From assembly GCA_964632315.1 (NCBI GenBank), contig CAZWEM010000054.1, forward strand, positions 1 through 27,682: a DNA stretch of 27,682 nucleotides, in the 5' to 3' direction. A model generated the notes under the pieces. The model made no database searches and was not told where the DNA came from. It saw only the letters and a program-made list of their open reading frames with translations. The position numbers and the translations under genes are program-made. Source of the DNA: an uncultured archaeon (GTDB taxonomy: Archaea > Asgardarchaeota > Lokiarchaeia > Sigyniarchaeales > SOKP01). Below, one piece after another: positions 9,724 to 18,151 of this stretch; within the stretch, counting starts at the first letter, position 1, and the number at the start of each line of letters is the position of its first letter.

Positions 9724-10242
9724 ATGGTTTTAGACTTTAAAAAAAAATTCAAAGCTACGATTTCAATTATTGGAGCAAGTGAAATTAGTTCTGAAATTGA
9801 ACAAAAAGCAGTTGAATTAGGCCGATTGTTGGCTAAGAATGGTTATGCCGTATCGTGTGGTGGTTTAACTGGAGTAATGAAAGCTGTATGCAAGGGTGCA
9901 AAGCAAGAAGGGGGTTTAACGATTGGGATCACTCCATTTGAAAAAAAGGGGTTGGCTAATAAATATGTTGACATTGAGATTCCAGTTCCATTCTCTCAAG
10001 CTCGGAATATCATTGTTGTATTGAGTGGAGATGCTTGTGTGGCGGTTTCTGGGAAGGCCGGTACTCTTTCAGAAATATGCTTTGCCTGGATTTACAATAA
10101 ACCACTTTTGGCTTTAACAGGCATAGGAGGTTGGTCTTCTAAGGTTGCAGGTCAGCAAATAGATGATCGTAGAAAAGATAAAATAATAGGTTTTGATAAT
10201 CCACAGAAAATAGTTGATAAATTGAATGAGCTATTTAGTTGA
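9724..10242 (+). CDS. LOG/SLOG-family Rossmann-fold nucleotide-binding protein (TIGR00725-like)
   Basis: Motifs ISIIGAS, LGRLLAKNG..VSCGGLTGVMKAVCKGAK, ARNIIVV and GKAGTLSEI; SD-like GGTGGTG upstream. Confidence 0.9.
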   Translation: MVLDFKKKFKATISIIGASEISSEIEQKAVELGRLLAKNGYAVSCGGLTGVMKAVCKGAKQEGGLTIGITPFEKKGLANKYVDIEIPVPFSQARNIIVVLSGDACVAVSGKAGTLSEICFAWIYNKPLLALTGIGGWSSKVAGQQIDDRRKDKIIGFDNPQKIVDKLNELFS

Positions 10243-10364
10243 TTTTTAAAATCACTAATTTAGGAGTTCTCAAAGGATCAGTTATTTTCAAAAGAATTTT
10301 TAAAAGATCAAATAATCTTTTACAACATAAAGAATATATTCGATCATTTGCATGTAAATTCTAG

Positions 10365-11348
10365 GTGAAATTAATTTTGGAAATTCATTACTTAACTAAA
10401 GAAAAGAAAGAAGAACAAGTAGAAAGAGAGATTGCTCATAAGATCCTTTTCACAGGTTTAGATACAGCGGGGAAAACCACAATTATTTTAGCTCTCCAGA
10501 GAGAATTCTCAAAAATTGCACTACTTAAGCCTACAAGAGGAGCACAGCGACGAATATTTGAGTTTCTTGGGCATGATGTCGCAGAATGGGATTTAGGAGG
10601 CCAAACAAGTTATCGAATTGCTTATCTGAAGAATCCAGGAAAATATTTTGATGGAACGGAAATTTGCATCTATGTCTTGGATATCCAAAACCGTGGTAGA
10701 ATCGCTGAATCTATCAGTTATTTTAAAGATGTTGTAGAGCAATTTAGGTTGCTGGAAATTGAACCTCCTATCTACGTATTTTTTCATAAATGTGATCCAG
10801 CATTGATACGTAATGCATTAAATGAAGTAAAAACCTTGAAAATTGATCTCAAGGAAAAAATAAAAGAGGCTGTGGATTATAAGAAAATTTTCTTTTATGA
10901 TACATCAATTTATAATCTTCCAAGCATCATTAAAGCCATGTCAGAAATCTTATTAAATTTACACCCTAAATCTCAGCTTATTGAGAAAACCATTAATGAA
11001 TTTGCCAAAAAAGTGGATTCTGATGGGGTAGTCATAATCGATGACAACAGCCTGATAGTTGGGAGCTATTATTCCAATGAAGAAACCAAAAATTTATTAT
11101 CTGCTTCGACGCCATATTTCCTAACTCTCAATGACAGCTTTCAGTTTACTCAAGTATTACCTGGAAAAGAGGAAGATGAAAACAGGATGATTGTTCAAAG
11201 ATTTGGGAAAAATTTCGTATTTAAACAAATTAAACTGAGTGATGAAAGTCCTCCTTATTACTTATTAATGTTAAAACAAGATCCAAATATAAATAAAGAA
11301 GATTTTGACTCATTTGCCAATCTCTTAAGAGAACTTTTGTATAAATAA
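10365..11348 (+). CDS. Rag/Gtr-like small GTPase with C-terminal roadblock-like domain
   Basis: G1 GLDTAGKTT, G2 PTRG, G3 WDLGGQ, Rag-type G4 HKCD and G5 TSIY; C-terminal VVIIDDNSLIVGSY. The true start may be TTG 10377, since AGGTGA at 10363-10368 looks like an SD. Confidence 0.88.
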   Translation: MKLILEIHYLTKEKKEEQVEREIAHKILFTGLDTAGKTTIILALQREFSKIALLKPTRGAQRRIFEFLGHDVAEWDLGGQTSYRIAYLKNPGKYFDGTEICIYVLDIQNRGRIAESISYFKDVVEQFRLLEIEPPIYVFFHKCDPALIRNALNEVKTLKIDLKEKIKEAVDYKKIFFYDTSIYNLPSIIKAMSEILLNLHPKSQLIEKTINEFAKKVDSDGVVIIDDNSLIVGSYYSNEETKNLLSASTPYFLTLNDSFQFTQVLPGKEEDENRMIVQRFGKNFVFKQIKLSDESPPYYLLMLKQDPNINKEDFDSFANLLRELLYK

Positions 11349-11387
11349 CAAACATTTCAATTTCTCACTCATTCTTTGACCTTAGGA

Positions 11388-11395
11388 TTTTTTTT
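11388..11395 (+). terminator. Possible archaeal oligo-T terminator after the Rag-like GTPase gene
   Basis: T8 run within a T/C-rich stretch about 40 bp after the stop at 11348. Confidence 0.3.
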
Positions 11396-11493
11396 CCACT
11401 CTTTCATTTTAGCATTTAAACTATTTAAAAAAAGTTAATAAATTGGTATTTTCATTATAGATATAAGATAAAAAGGAAAATGATCAAATTTAA

Positions 11494-12459
11494 ATGATTA
11501 TATGCTCAAATTGCGGAGCTACAAATAATGAAGCAAATAGCAATATTTGCAGAAAGTGTGGCGCATTGCTTCCAATATCAACTAAACCTCCTCGAGTTAA
11601 AATAAAGAGCAAAGAAAAAAAGCCAAAAAAATCAGATAAAATAGAAGCCACAGAAACAAAGAAATCTGAATTAGATCTTCAAGAAATCCCTCTATCAGAA
11701 TTTGAGGAAAGTTTAAAAGATCTCGATAAAATTTCCGAATTGGAAGATGACGACAATGAGGTTTTTTATACAGCTAAAGAAGAAGAAGAAAGGGATGTCT
11801 TTCTTAAAGAAATCAAACCAAGTCCATTTCAAGGTTCAATTATAACTGATAAAAAAATATATGGTTCTTTAACTCCTCAAAAAAAACAAGAATCAATCTT
11901 AGTTTCAAAAAAAGATGAGAAAACACAAACTTCCACGACTATTATACGTCAAAAACAATTAGAAGAAGACATGACTAAAGTATTAAAATTCTTGTCAAAA
12001 AAAATCACGGTTAAGGAACTGCCTTCTCAAACTATTGATAAAAAAAAAAATGATGTCACGCAAAAACAAGATTCCTTCATTCCTCTCAGCATGAATGAAA
12101 TATTAAAGGATTTGTTGAAACTTGATGTAAATATAGAAGCATCAGCGATCATTAAATCGGACGGGACAATTTTAGCATCAGCAATATCATCTCGAATATC
12201 CGACTCTTTATTCGCTACTATTGGGCAAAACTTAACAATGATTGGTATTGATATTGTTGATGGGTTGAGTGCGGGTAAGTTAAAGAGTATTTCTTTGAGA
12301 GGCTCTAAAGGAGTATTAGACTTAGCACCCATTTCTGAAGCAAATGATATGTTATTACTAATCTTCAGTAATCCGAAAATTAAGAGTGGAATCATTCATT
12401 TAGCAGCTAAAAATGTGAAGAAACAAGTAAGAGAATATCTTGGAATTTCCAAGAAGTAG
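11494..12459 (+). CDS. N-terminal zinc ribbon + charged low-complexity linker + C-terminal Roadblock/LC7 (MglB-like) domain protein
   Basis: CSNCG...CRKCG at the N-terminus and a K/E/D-rich middle. The last ~125 aa (IEASAIIKSDGTILASAIS...LKSISLRGSKG...LLLIFS...GIIHLAAK) match the roadblock pattern. Confidence 0.85.
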   Translation: MIICSNCGATNNEANSNICRKCGALLPISTKPPRVKIKSKEKKPKKSDKIEATETKKSELDLQEIPLSEFEESLKDLDKISELEDDDNEVFYTAKEEEERDVFLKEIKPSPFQGSIITDKKIYGSLTPQKKQESILVSKKDEKTQTSTTIIRQKQLEEDMTKVLKFLSKKITVKELPSQTIDKKKNDVTQKQDSFIPLSMNEILKDLLKLDVNIEASAIIKSDGTILASAISSRISDSLFATIGQNLTMIGIDIVDGLSAGKLKSISLRGSKGVLDLAPISEANDMLLLIFSNPKIKSGIIHLAAKNVKKQVREYLGISKK

Positions 12460-12460
12460 A

Positions 12461-13231
12461 TTAATTTAAATTTCTACTAAATTCGATCGTTTTAAAATAA
12501 TTTTTATTCCGAAATAATTCTTGTAGGAATGAATTTAATTGACAAATAGAGACTAAAGGTATCTTATTTTCGTTCATTTTAAAAAAATTTTGCTCGAGAC
12601 TTACCATAAAGGGAATTAGTATCATTTCTTCCATATTTGTTTTCATCTTTAACTTCTTACATAATTTATAAATAACTTCGGGATTATTGACTAAAGCCTT
12701 CACGCGCGTGAACTGTAAATTTCCAGCCTTATTCATTGCACCAAAACTATCCTTTCTTTTCCATTGTTTAGCATCGATAAATAACATGTAGTTTTTTTGA
12801 ACAGCTATCACATCAATTTCATATCTTTTTTGAGAATTTGGGTTTTTTAAGTTCGATTTATCAGAAAATCGAAAATTATTTATAGTTTTATAGTTATTCA
12901 GTTTGAGAATTTCGGCGATAAGGGCTTCAAAACCATCAAAGGTAATGATTAATGCAAGATCTCTTATGTCTAAATCCAGCGATTTAATTGCTTCCACGAT
13001 GAAGGGTATTTTATTTATGACAATATAATCACTATAATTACCCTTCTTAATGGAAACTGAATCGATAATTTCTAGAAATTCATTAATTTGGTATTTATTA
13101 TATCTGTTGAAAAAGAGTACTTCAGATGGTTCAATCCACACTTCAATAACTTTGGGGTCAGAGGTTTTTAAAATATTGAAAATCTCGATGAAAAATCTCT
13201 TCAATAGATCGAAGGTGATTATTTCAGGCAT
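12461..13231 (-). CDS. PD-(D/E)xK nuclease, Mrr-like/NERD restriction-endonuclease fold
   Basis: FEALIAEIL...NY and EIDVIA...FIDAKQW match the Mrr-cat E...ID...(D/E)xK motif. Confidence 0.8.
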   Translation of the reverse strand: MPEIITFDLLKRFFIEIFNILKTSDPKVIEVWIEPSEVLFFNRYNKYQINEFLEIIDSVSIKKGNYSDYIVINKIPFIVEAIKSLDLDIRDLALIITFDGFEALIAEILKLNNYKTINNFRFSDKSNLKNPNSQKRYEIDVIAVQKNYMLFIDAKQWKRKDSFGAMNKAGNLQFTRVKALVNNPEVIYKLCKKLKMKTNMEEMILIPFMVSLEQNFFKMNENKIPLVSICQLNSFLQELFRNKNYFKTIEFSRNLN

Positions 13232-13349
13232 AAGAAAGATTTGATCTGATTTTTAAATTAAATATAAGACTGTGATGATTAATTAATTAATAGTCTTCTT
13301 TTTTAGTAGGGAATGAATAATTTATTTCAGACGAATCAAATTTAATTAA

Positions 13350-13357
13350 GGGGAGGA
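13350..13357 (+). promoter_or_regulatory. Strong Shine-Dalgarno site for the nrdD-like gene
   Basis: GGGGAGGA, with GGAGG at 13352-13356, 8 nt before the ATG at 13365. Confidence 0.65.
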
Positions 13358-13364
13358 TATAAAA

Positions 13365-15158
13365 ATGGATCTTTTACCTAAAGTCAATGTAACCGAAGGC
13401 GATGTGGTAGAATTTGAACCAAATAAAATTTTTAATAGTATTGTAAAAGAAACAAATATGAATGAAGCTGATGCAAGAAGAGTCACAGAACTTGCAGTGC
13501 GTAGAATTATTAGCTCTGGCATGAAGTTCTTATCTGGGCCTCACATTAGAGAAATTGTATGTTCAATTCTATCTGAAAATCATTATGAACAAGAGAGAAA
13601 ATTGTACACTCGGATTGGAATGCCATTGATGGATTATGAGGAAATCTTAGAGAAGGGTGTCTCTAATGGTTCAGAAAGCATATTGAATCCTGAAAAAATC
13701 CATCATTGGGCAGCAAATCAATTAGCTGAAGAATATACTTTATTGAGGATCTTAACTGATGAAGAAGCTCATGCACATCTATTTGGAGATATCCACATTC
13801 ACCAATTAAAATATTTTGATTTGAGACCATATAGTCAATATTATGATCCCAGGCTAATATTAAGTAATGGTGTACCGCCAATTAAAAATTATAACCAAGC
13901 TTGTCAATCAGGGGCTCCTAAAGATTTAAAGGACGCTTTGGATCAACTTGTAAGTTGGTTAGGAATGGTTCAAACAGAATTCAGTGGAAATCAAGGGTTA
14001 GAATTTTTAACAATTTTTTTAGCACCATATTGTGCTGGAATGAAAAGAGAAGCAATAAAATCGATCATGAAGAATTTTGTGTATAAAATAAATTATTTGA
14101 TTACCGCTTCTGGTAAAAACATGCTAAATACTTCTATCTCTTGTGCTCCAATGATACTTCCCGAATTTCTTGATATTCCCGCTGTGGGAGCAAATGGAAA
14201 AATAGTAGGTACATATTCAAATTATATGGACGAATGCCAAACTATATTTGATGTAATAACGGAAGTATTTAGAGAAGGTGATGCTTGTGAGAATTCCTTT
14301 AGGAGTCCAGAACATTTAGTTTTTTTTAGTCATGAATGGTTAATCACTCACCCAGAACAATTTGATCGCTTAATTTCTGAAGCATTCATTAATCATAATC
14401 CTAGCTTTATCAACATTGATCAAAACAGGAGAATTAAACAACAAATCGAGCAATATAAAAACCCTTACATGAATTTTGGGGTATTACAAAAAATCTCGAT
14501 AAATCTTCCCCGGATTGCATTTAATTCCAAAGATGAACCGAGATTTAACAATAAATTGGATAATGTCTTAGATACTTGTTTTGAAATATTAAGGAAAAAA
14601 CACAATATAATTAATCAACGATTAGAAACAAACCACTTACCATTATGTAGCGGAAAAATTAATGGAAAAAGAATTTTTGAATTAAACAATCAACAACTTT
14701 GTCTTGGCGTAATTGGTCTAAATGAATCAGTAAAAATTATCTCAAACGAGGAATTACATGAAAGTGACTCTGCGTTTAATTTGGGTAAATCAATTTTACA
14801 TAAAATTTCAGATCGATGTAAAGAACGTACGAGAAATGAAGGTAAAAACTATTCCCTTATTGATTCCTCATCCAATCGAGCTATAAAGAGATTCATAAGA
14901 TTAGATTTAAAACATTTCCCAAAGCTTGCACTTCGTAATTACCAACAGTCCACTCATTTTTCACCAGATGCGAATCTTAGTTTAGAAAAAAGAATTAAAA
15001 AACAAGGAATTTTACATGAATTAATCTTGAACGAACCAAAAATGAAAATTTCAATCAACAGAAATAAAGAATTCATCCAAACTGATTCTGACTTAAAAGA
15101 AATTTTACTTTATACGTGTAGAAATACTCATCTAAATCGATTAAAATTCATCGAATAA
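13365..15158 (+). CDS. nrdD: ATP-cone + anaerobic (class III) ribonucleotide reductase NrdD-like protein; C-terminally short and catalytically degenerate
   Basis: ATP cone (FEPNKIFNSIVKET...LSGPHIREIVC), LYTRIGMPL, AHLFGDIHIH, FSGNQG, ISINLPRIA and LGVIGLNE identify archaeal NrdD. There is no C-terminal Zn ribbon and no R-[IV]-x-G-Y glycyl-radical loop. Confidence 0.82.
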   Translation: MDLLPKVNVTEGDVVEFEPNKIFNSIVKETNMNEADARRVTELAVRRIISSGMKFLSGPHIREIVCSILSENHYEQERKLYTRIGMPLMDYEEILEKGVSNGSESILNPEKIHHWAANQLAEEYTLLRILTDEEAHAHLFGDIHIHQLKYFDLRPYSQYYDPRLILSNGVPPIKNYNQACQSGAPKDLKDALDQLVSWLGMVQTEFSGNQGLEFLTIFLAPYCAGMKREAIKSIMKNFVYKINYLITASGKNMLNTSISCAPMILPEFLDIPAVGANGKIVGTYSNYMDECQTIFDVITEVFREGDACENSFRSPEHLVFFSHEWLITHPEQFDRLISEAFINHNPSFINIDQNRRIKQQIEQYKNPYMNFGVLQKISINLPRIAFNSKDEPRFNNKLDNVLDTCFEILRKKHNIINQRLETNHLPLCSGKINGKRIFELNNQQLCLGVIGLNESVKIISNEELHESDSAFNLGKSILHKISDRCKERTRNEGKNYSLIDSSSNRAIKRFIRLDLKHFPKLALRNYQQSTHFSPDANLSLEKRIKKQGILHELILNEPKMKISINRNKEFIQTDSDLKEILLYTCRNTHLNRLKFIE

Positions 15159-15332
15159 TTTCTAAGATTTAATTGCTCGCAAATATTTAATAATGGGATC
15201 TATCTTCATATATTAGTATATTATACAACTTTATATGAATCAAGTGAAAGTACTAATTAAACACTAGTGTTGATTTTTAAAGTAAAATACTAATTCTTTG
15301 TTAGTTGGACGGATCCCTTACGGTTAGGAAAT

Positions 15333-16745
15333 ATGGAAGAGCAAAAACAAGACATAATCAAGTCAATAGTATTCTCCGTTTTTGATGATGATGGCCCCAC
15401 ACCGAAAATCTATTGGCCCATTGATATGGAAGAATCTGCACGACTATTGGTTGCCATGAAAACAATCTCAATTCTAATGGGAGACGCGATCTATCAAAAT
15501 GGAAATACGACGGAAGGGATATCTTACTTTGGAATTCTTCCTTTCCCAGATTTGAAGTTAAATGGGCTTACATATTTCTTTTTGATACCTGATGAGAATG
15601 CCCGTGGTAATGCAAAAGCAGCAACTATAACTGCTTTGATTGATTCAGCGAATAAGGGTTTTTTTTATGAAAATATGAAATATTTAAGGGTCATTATCGA
15701 TAAATCAGCAACCAAGATTCAAGAATCTAAAAATAAGGATGAATTGAGCATCATCATAGATGATTTGAGGAATGAATTATTAGAATTTACGAGTGCCTTA
15801 GAAAATCCCTTATCCGGAAGACAGCAACTTAAAATCTTAATTACGGGATTAGCCAACTCAGGAAAGACAAGTTTCCTACTAGGTGTTAAAAAAAGATATT
15901 CTGAAATCATAAAGGTCTTACCTACTAAGGGGGTTTCTCGTTCAAATGAGGAAATTTTCGAAGAACAAAATTCTCGGATATCAATTTGGGATATTGGAGG
16001 ACAACAGAAATATCTTGAAAGATTTCTTCAAGAAAGTAAATTTTATCTTTATAATATTGATGTACTATTTTATTTTATTGATATTCAAGATCATGAAAGG
16101 GTTAAAGAATCCTTGGACTTATTTCACAGAATAATTGAAATTTTACAAAATTTAAATGAATCTCCTCCAATTGTTATTTGCTTGAATAAATTTGATCCAG
16201 ATTTAAAAGAATCCAAGAAAATTAATAAGTTGCTTAAAAGCATAATTCACGAGATTGAAAAAAATACTGAAGGATTTTACATTAAAATATTTGAAACATC
16301 CATTTTTAATAGATGGAGTTTAATTTCGGCCTATTCCTATGGACTCTCCCAGCTTAGCCCCAATAAGGAGATTTTTAAAAGTCAGCTAAAATCTTTTGCT
16401 AAAAGCATTGATTCAGATTCTATATTACTATTATCTGAAAATGGTATTATTTTATCTTCTTATTCAAATTCAGAAATATCCGAAAAGTTATTCGCTGTTT
16501 CGGCCCCCCATTTTCAAACACTTTATAAAACTTTTCATGAGTTCAAATTACTTAAGAAGGATTTTTTAATCTCATCAGGTACAGCTGATAATTCTAAAGT
16601 AATTGTTTTTAAAAAAATGATTGTTGGTACTTTCAACCTCTATATATTACTGTATTTGAAAAAGAAATATGAATTAAGTAATTTTGAATCCAAGTTGCCA
16701 CATTTCTCACAAAATATAAGAAATTTGATGTTGAACTATATTTAG
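15333..16745 (+). CDS. Multidomain Arf/Rag-like small GTPase: longin/uDENN-like + GTPase + roadblock-like (paralogue of 6931..8427)
   Basis: G1 GLANSGKTS, G2 PTKG, G3 WDIGGQ, G4 NKFD, G5 TSIF. The N-domain SIVFSVFDDDGPTPKIYWP...FGILPFPD aligns by eye with the paralogue's FGIIPFPD. C-terminal ILLLSENGIILSSY. Confidence 0.88.
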   Translation: MEEQKQDIIKSIVFSVFDDDGPTPKIYWPIDMEESARLLVAMKTISILMGDAIYQNGNTTEGISYFGILPFPDLKLNGLTYFFLIPDENARGNAKAATITALIDSANKGFFYENMKYLRVIIDKSATKIQESKNKDELSIIIDDLRNELLEFTSALENPLSGRQQLKILITGLANSGKTSFLLGVKKRYSEIIKVLPTKGVSRSNEEIFEEQNSRISIWDIGGQQKYLERFLQESKFYLYNIDVLFYFIDIQDHERVKESLDLFHRIIEILQNLNESPPIVICLNKFDPDLKESKKINKLLKSIIHEIEKNTEGFYIKIFETSIFNRWSLISAYSYGLSQLSPNKEIFKSQLKSFAKSIDSDSILLLSENGIILSSYSNSEISEKLFAVSAPHFQTLYKTFHEFKLLKKDFLISSGTADNSKVIVFKKMIVGTFNLYILLYLKKKYELSNFESKLPHFSQNIRNLMLNYI

Positions 16746-16759
16746 AGTTTGAATACTTG

Positions 16760-17998
16760 TTAGTAGTTCGTAAAAGCTTTTCTGCGTCTTCTTTTCTTAA
16801 TAATGATAACAGTAATAATAGTTATTACCAAAATTCCCGAGGGAATGGAAATTAACCATACTAAAGTGAAATCTATTGGAGTTAAATTCGTTTCAATAGC
16901 TTTAATTGACAAAGTATATTGATAATCATAATTTGAATTAGATTGATAGACTATGCAAGGATTGGGAAATTCACTCTGTTTCTTGGATATTGCTGGAATT
17001 GAAAACCACTCCCCTGCATTTAACGCTAATCTTAAGTAATCAACTCGATTCACGTAATCATATTCTTTATTCCATGTGGGGTCAGAAGCGACCCACCCTA
17101 TTCCCTCTACGTAATACTCAACCCATGCATGCCCTAAAAAGTTGTCTTCCGTATTAGAGGCTGTAAATTTCCAGGTTTGACCGACACGTGGTCTTAAGGA
17201 GGGATCATTCGAAATAACATAGCCAGTTACTTTTCTCGCAGGAATCCCTTGACAACGTAAAAGTGTTATCATCAAGGTGGAATATTCGCTACAATCACCT
17301 TTTTTATTATCATAAGCCCATTTAGCCCCATATTCTTGAGCAGGGAGATTTCCATCATAAGTCAAATAATTTGAAACCCAATTACATATTTTAATCGCTT
17401 TTTGTATAGGATTATCGCTCGGTTCTACAATTTCATACGAAGTATTGTTTAAGATGGGATCATCCATCTCATAATAGGTCTCGTTAATGCAGTAAAGATC
17501 AAAAAAATAATTACTCGAGTTATCATATGGTTTGATTTTTGAATAATTTACACCAGAGAAAGAAATCTCATTTAATTTTATGATATAGTTTTGACTTAAT
17601 GTTATGGATTGTCCGGCAAGTAAGGTATTGTTGAATACATCATAGGTATTGTTAAACTTATCAATCGAAACATAAGGAGTACTAGCTGAGCCTGTTATCT
17701 TACTATAAGTCAAATTGCTTTCTTGAAATGGAGGAACATCCTTTGTAAGTATGGAATTAGGTGTTCGATTATCAAATCGAGAAAATTTAAACCAATAAGA
17801 GTAACTCCCAGTTTTAATACTAGTTAATGAAAAATTTACCTCAACTTGGTACGTGACGCTTTGTAACTCCTTATAGGGTTCACTCGTGAGTGAGATATAA
17901 AAATTTGGAACATGGTTCGAAGAATTAAATTGAATGGAAGTGAAAATAATGGACAAAATTGTAACAAGGGCCACGATATGTTTAATTAGCGATTTCAT
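16760..17998 (-). CDS. Secreted, membrane-anchored transglutaminase-like cysteine protease domain protein
   Basis: N-terminal signal/TM helix, triad motifs GDCSEYS, HAWVEYY and DPTW, GIPARKVTGY, a C-terminal TM followed by KKRRRRK, and many N-x-S/T sequons. Confidence 0.9.
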   Translation of the reverse strand: MKSLIKHIVALVTILSIIFTSIQFNSSNHVPNFYISLTSEPYKELQSVTYQVEVNFSLTSIKTGSYSYWFKFSRFDNRTPNSILTKDVPPFQESNLTYSKITGSASTPYVSIDKFNNTYDVFNNTLLAGQSITLSQNYIIKLNEISFSGVNYSKIKPYDNSSNYFFDLYCINETYYEMDDPILNNTSYEIVEPSDNPIQKAIKICNWVSNYLTYDGNLPAQEYGAKWAYDNKKGDCSEYSTLMITLLRCQGIPARKVTGYVISNDPSLRPRVGQTWKFTASNTEDNFLGHAWVEYYVEGIGWVASDPTWNKEYDYVNRVDYLRLALNAGEWFSIPAISKKQSEFPNPCIVYQSNSNYDYQYTLSIKAIETNLTPIDFTLVWLISIPSGILVITIITVIIIKKRRRRKAFTNY

Positions 17999-18074
17999 CT
18001 TTCAAAAGTATCTCATTATTTTATAAGTATCATACAATTACGATCTTTTATTTTTGACTATAAAAAAGAATCAA

Positions 18075-18097
18075 AAGATACATTACAAGATACATTA
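18075..18097. repeat. 11-bp direct repeat AAGATACATTA x2 (12-bp period) in a divergent intergenic region
   Basis: Read directly: aagatacatta c aagatacatta. Confidence 0.7.
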
Positions 18098-18151
18098 TTA
18101 AGGATATAATTTATTAGATTTGTAATTTAGAAAATAAATATTTTTTTAAAT

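Noticed and set aside
9693-10263. Selenocysteine readthrough at the TGA stops of the Zn-ribbon (9693-9695) and LOG (10240-10242) genes
   Set aside because: In-frame TAG follows immediately or within 7 codons, the proteins look complete, and I recognised no SECIS-like hairpin.
12461-13231. Restriction-modification or defence island
   Set aside because: Solitary Mrr-like nuclease with no DNA methyltransferase, mobile genes or compositional shift nearby. The methyltransferase at 20070 is Trm9-like.
15159-15332. Frameshifted or read-through C-terminus of NrdD
   Set aside because: No CxxC pairs or R-x-x-G-Y motif visible after the stop; the region is AT-rich with multiple stops.
6931-16745. Lipidation signals on the GTPases (CaaX or N-terminal Gly myristoylation)
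   Set aside because: None of the three has a C-terminal Cys motif or Gly2.
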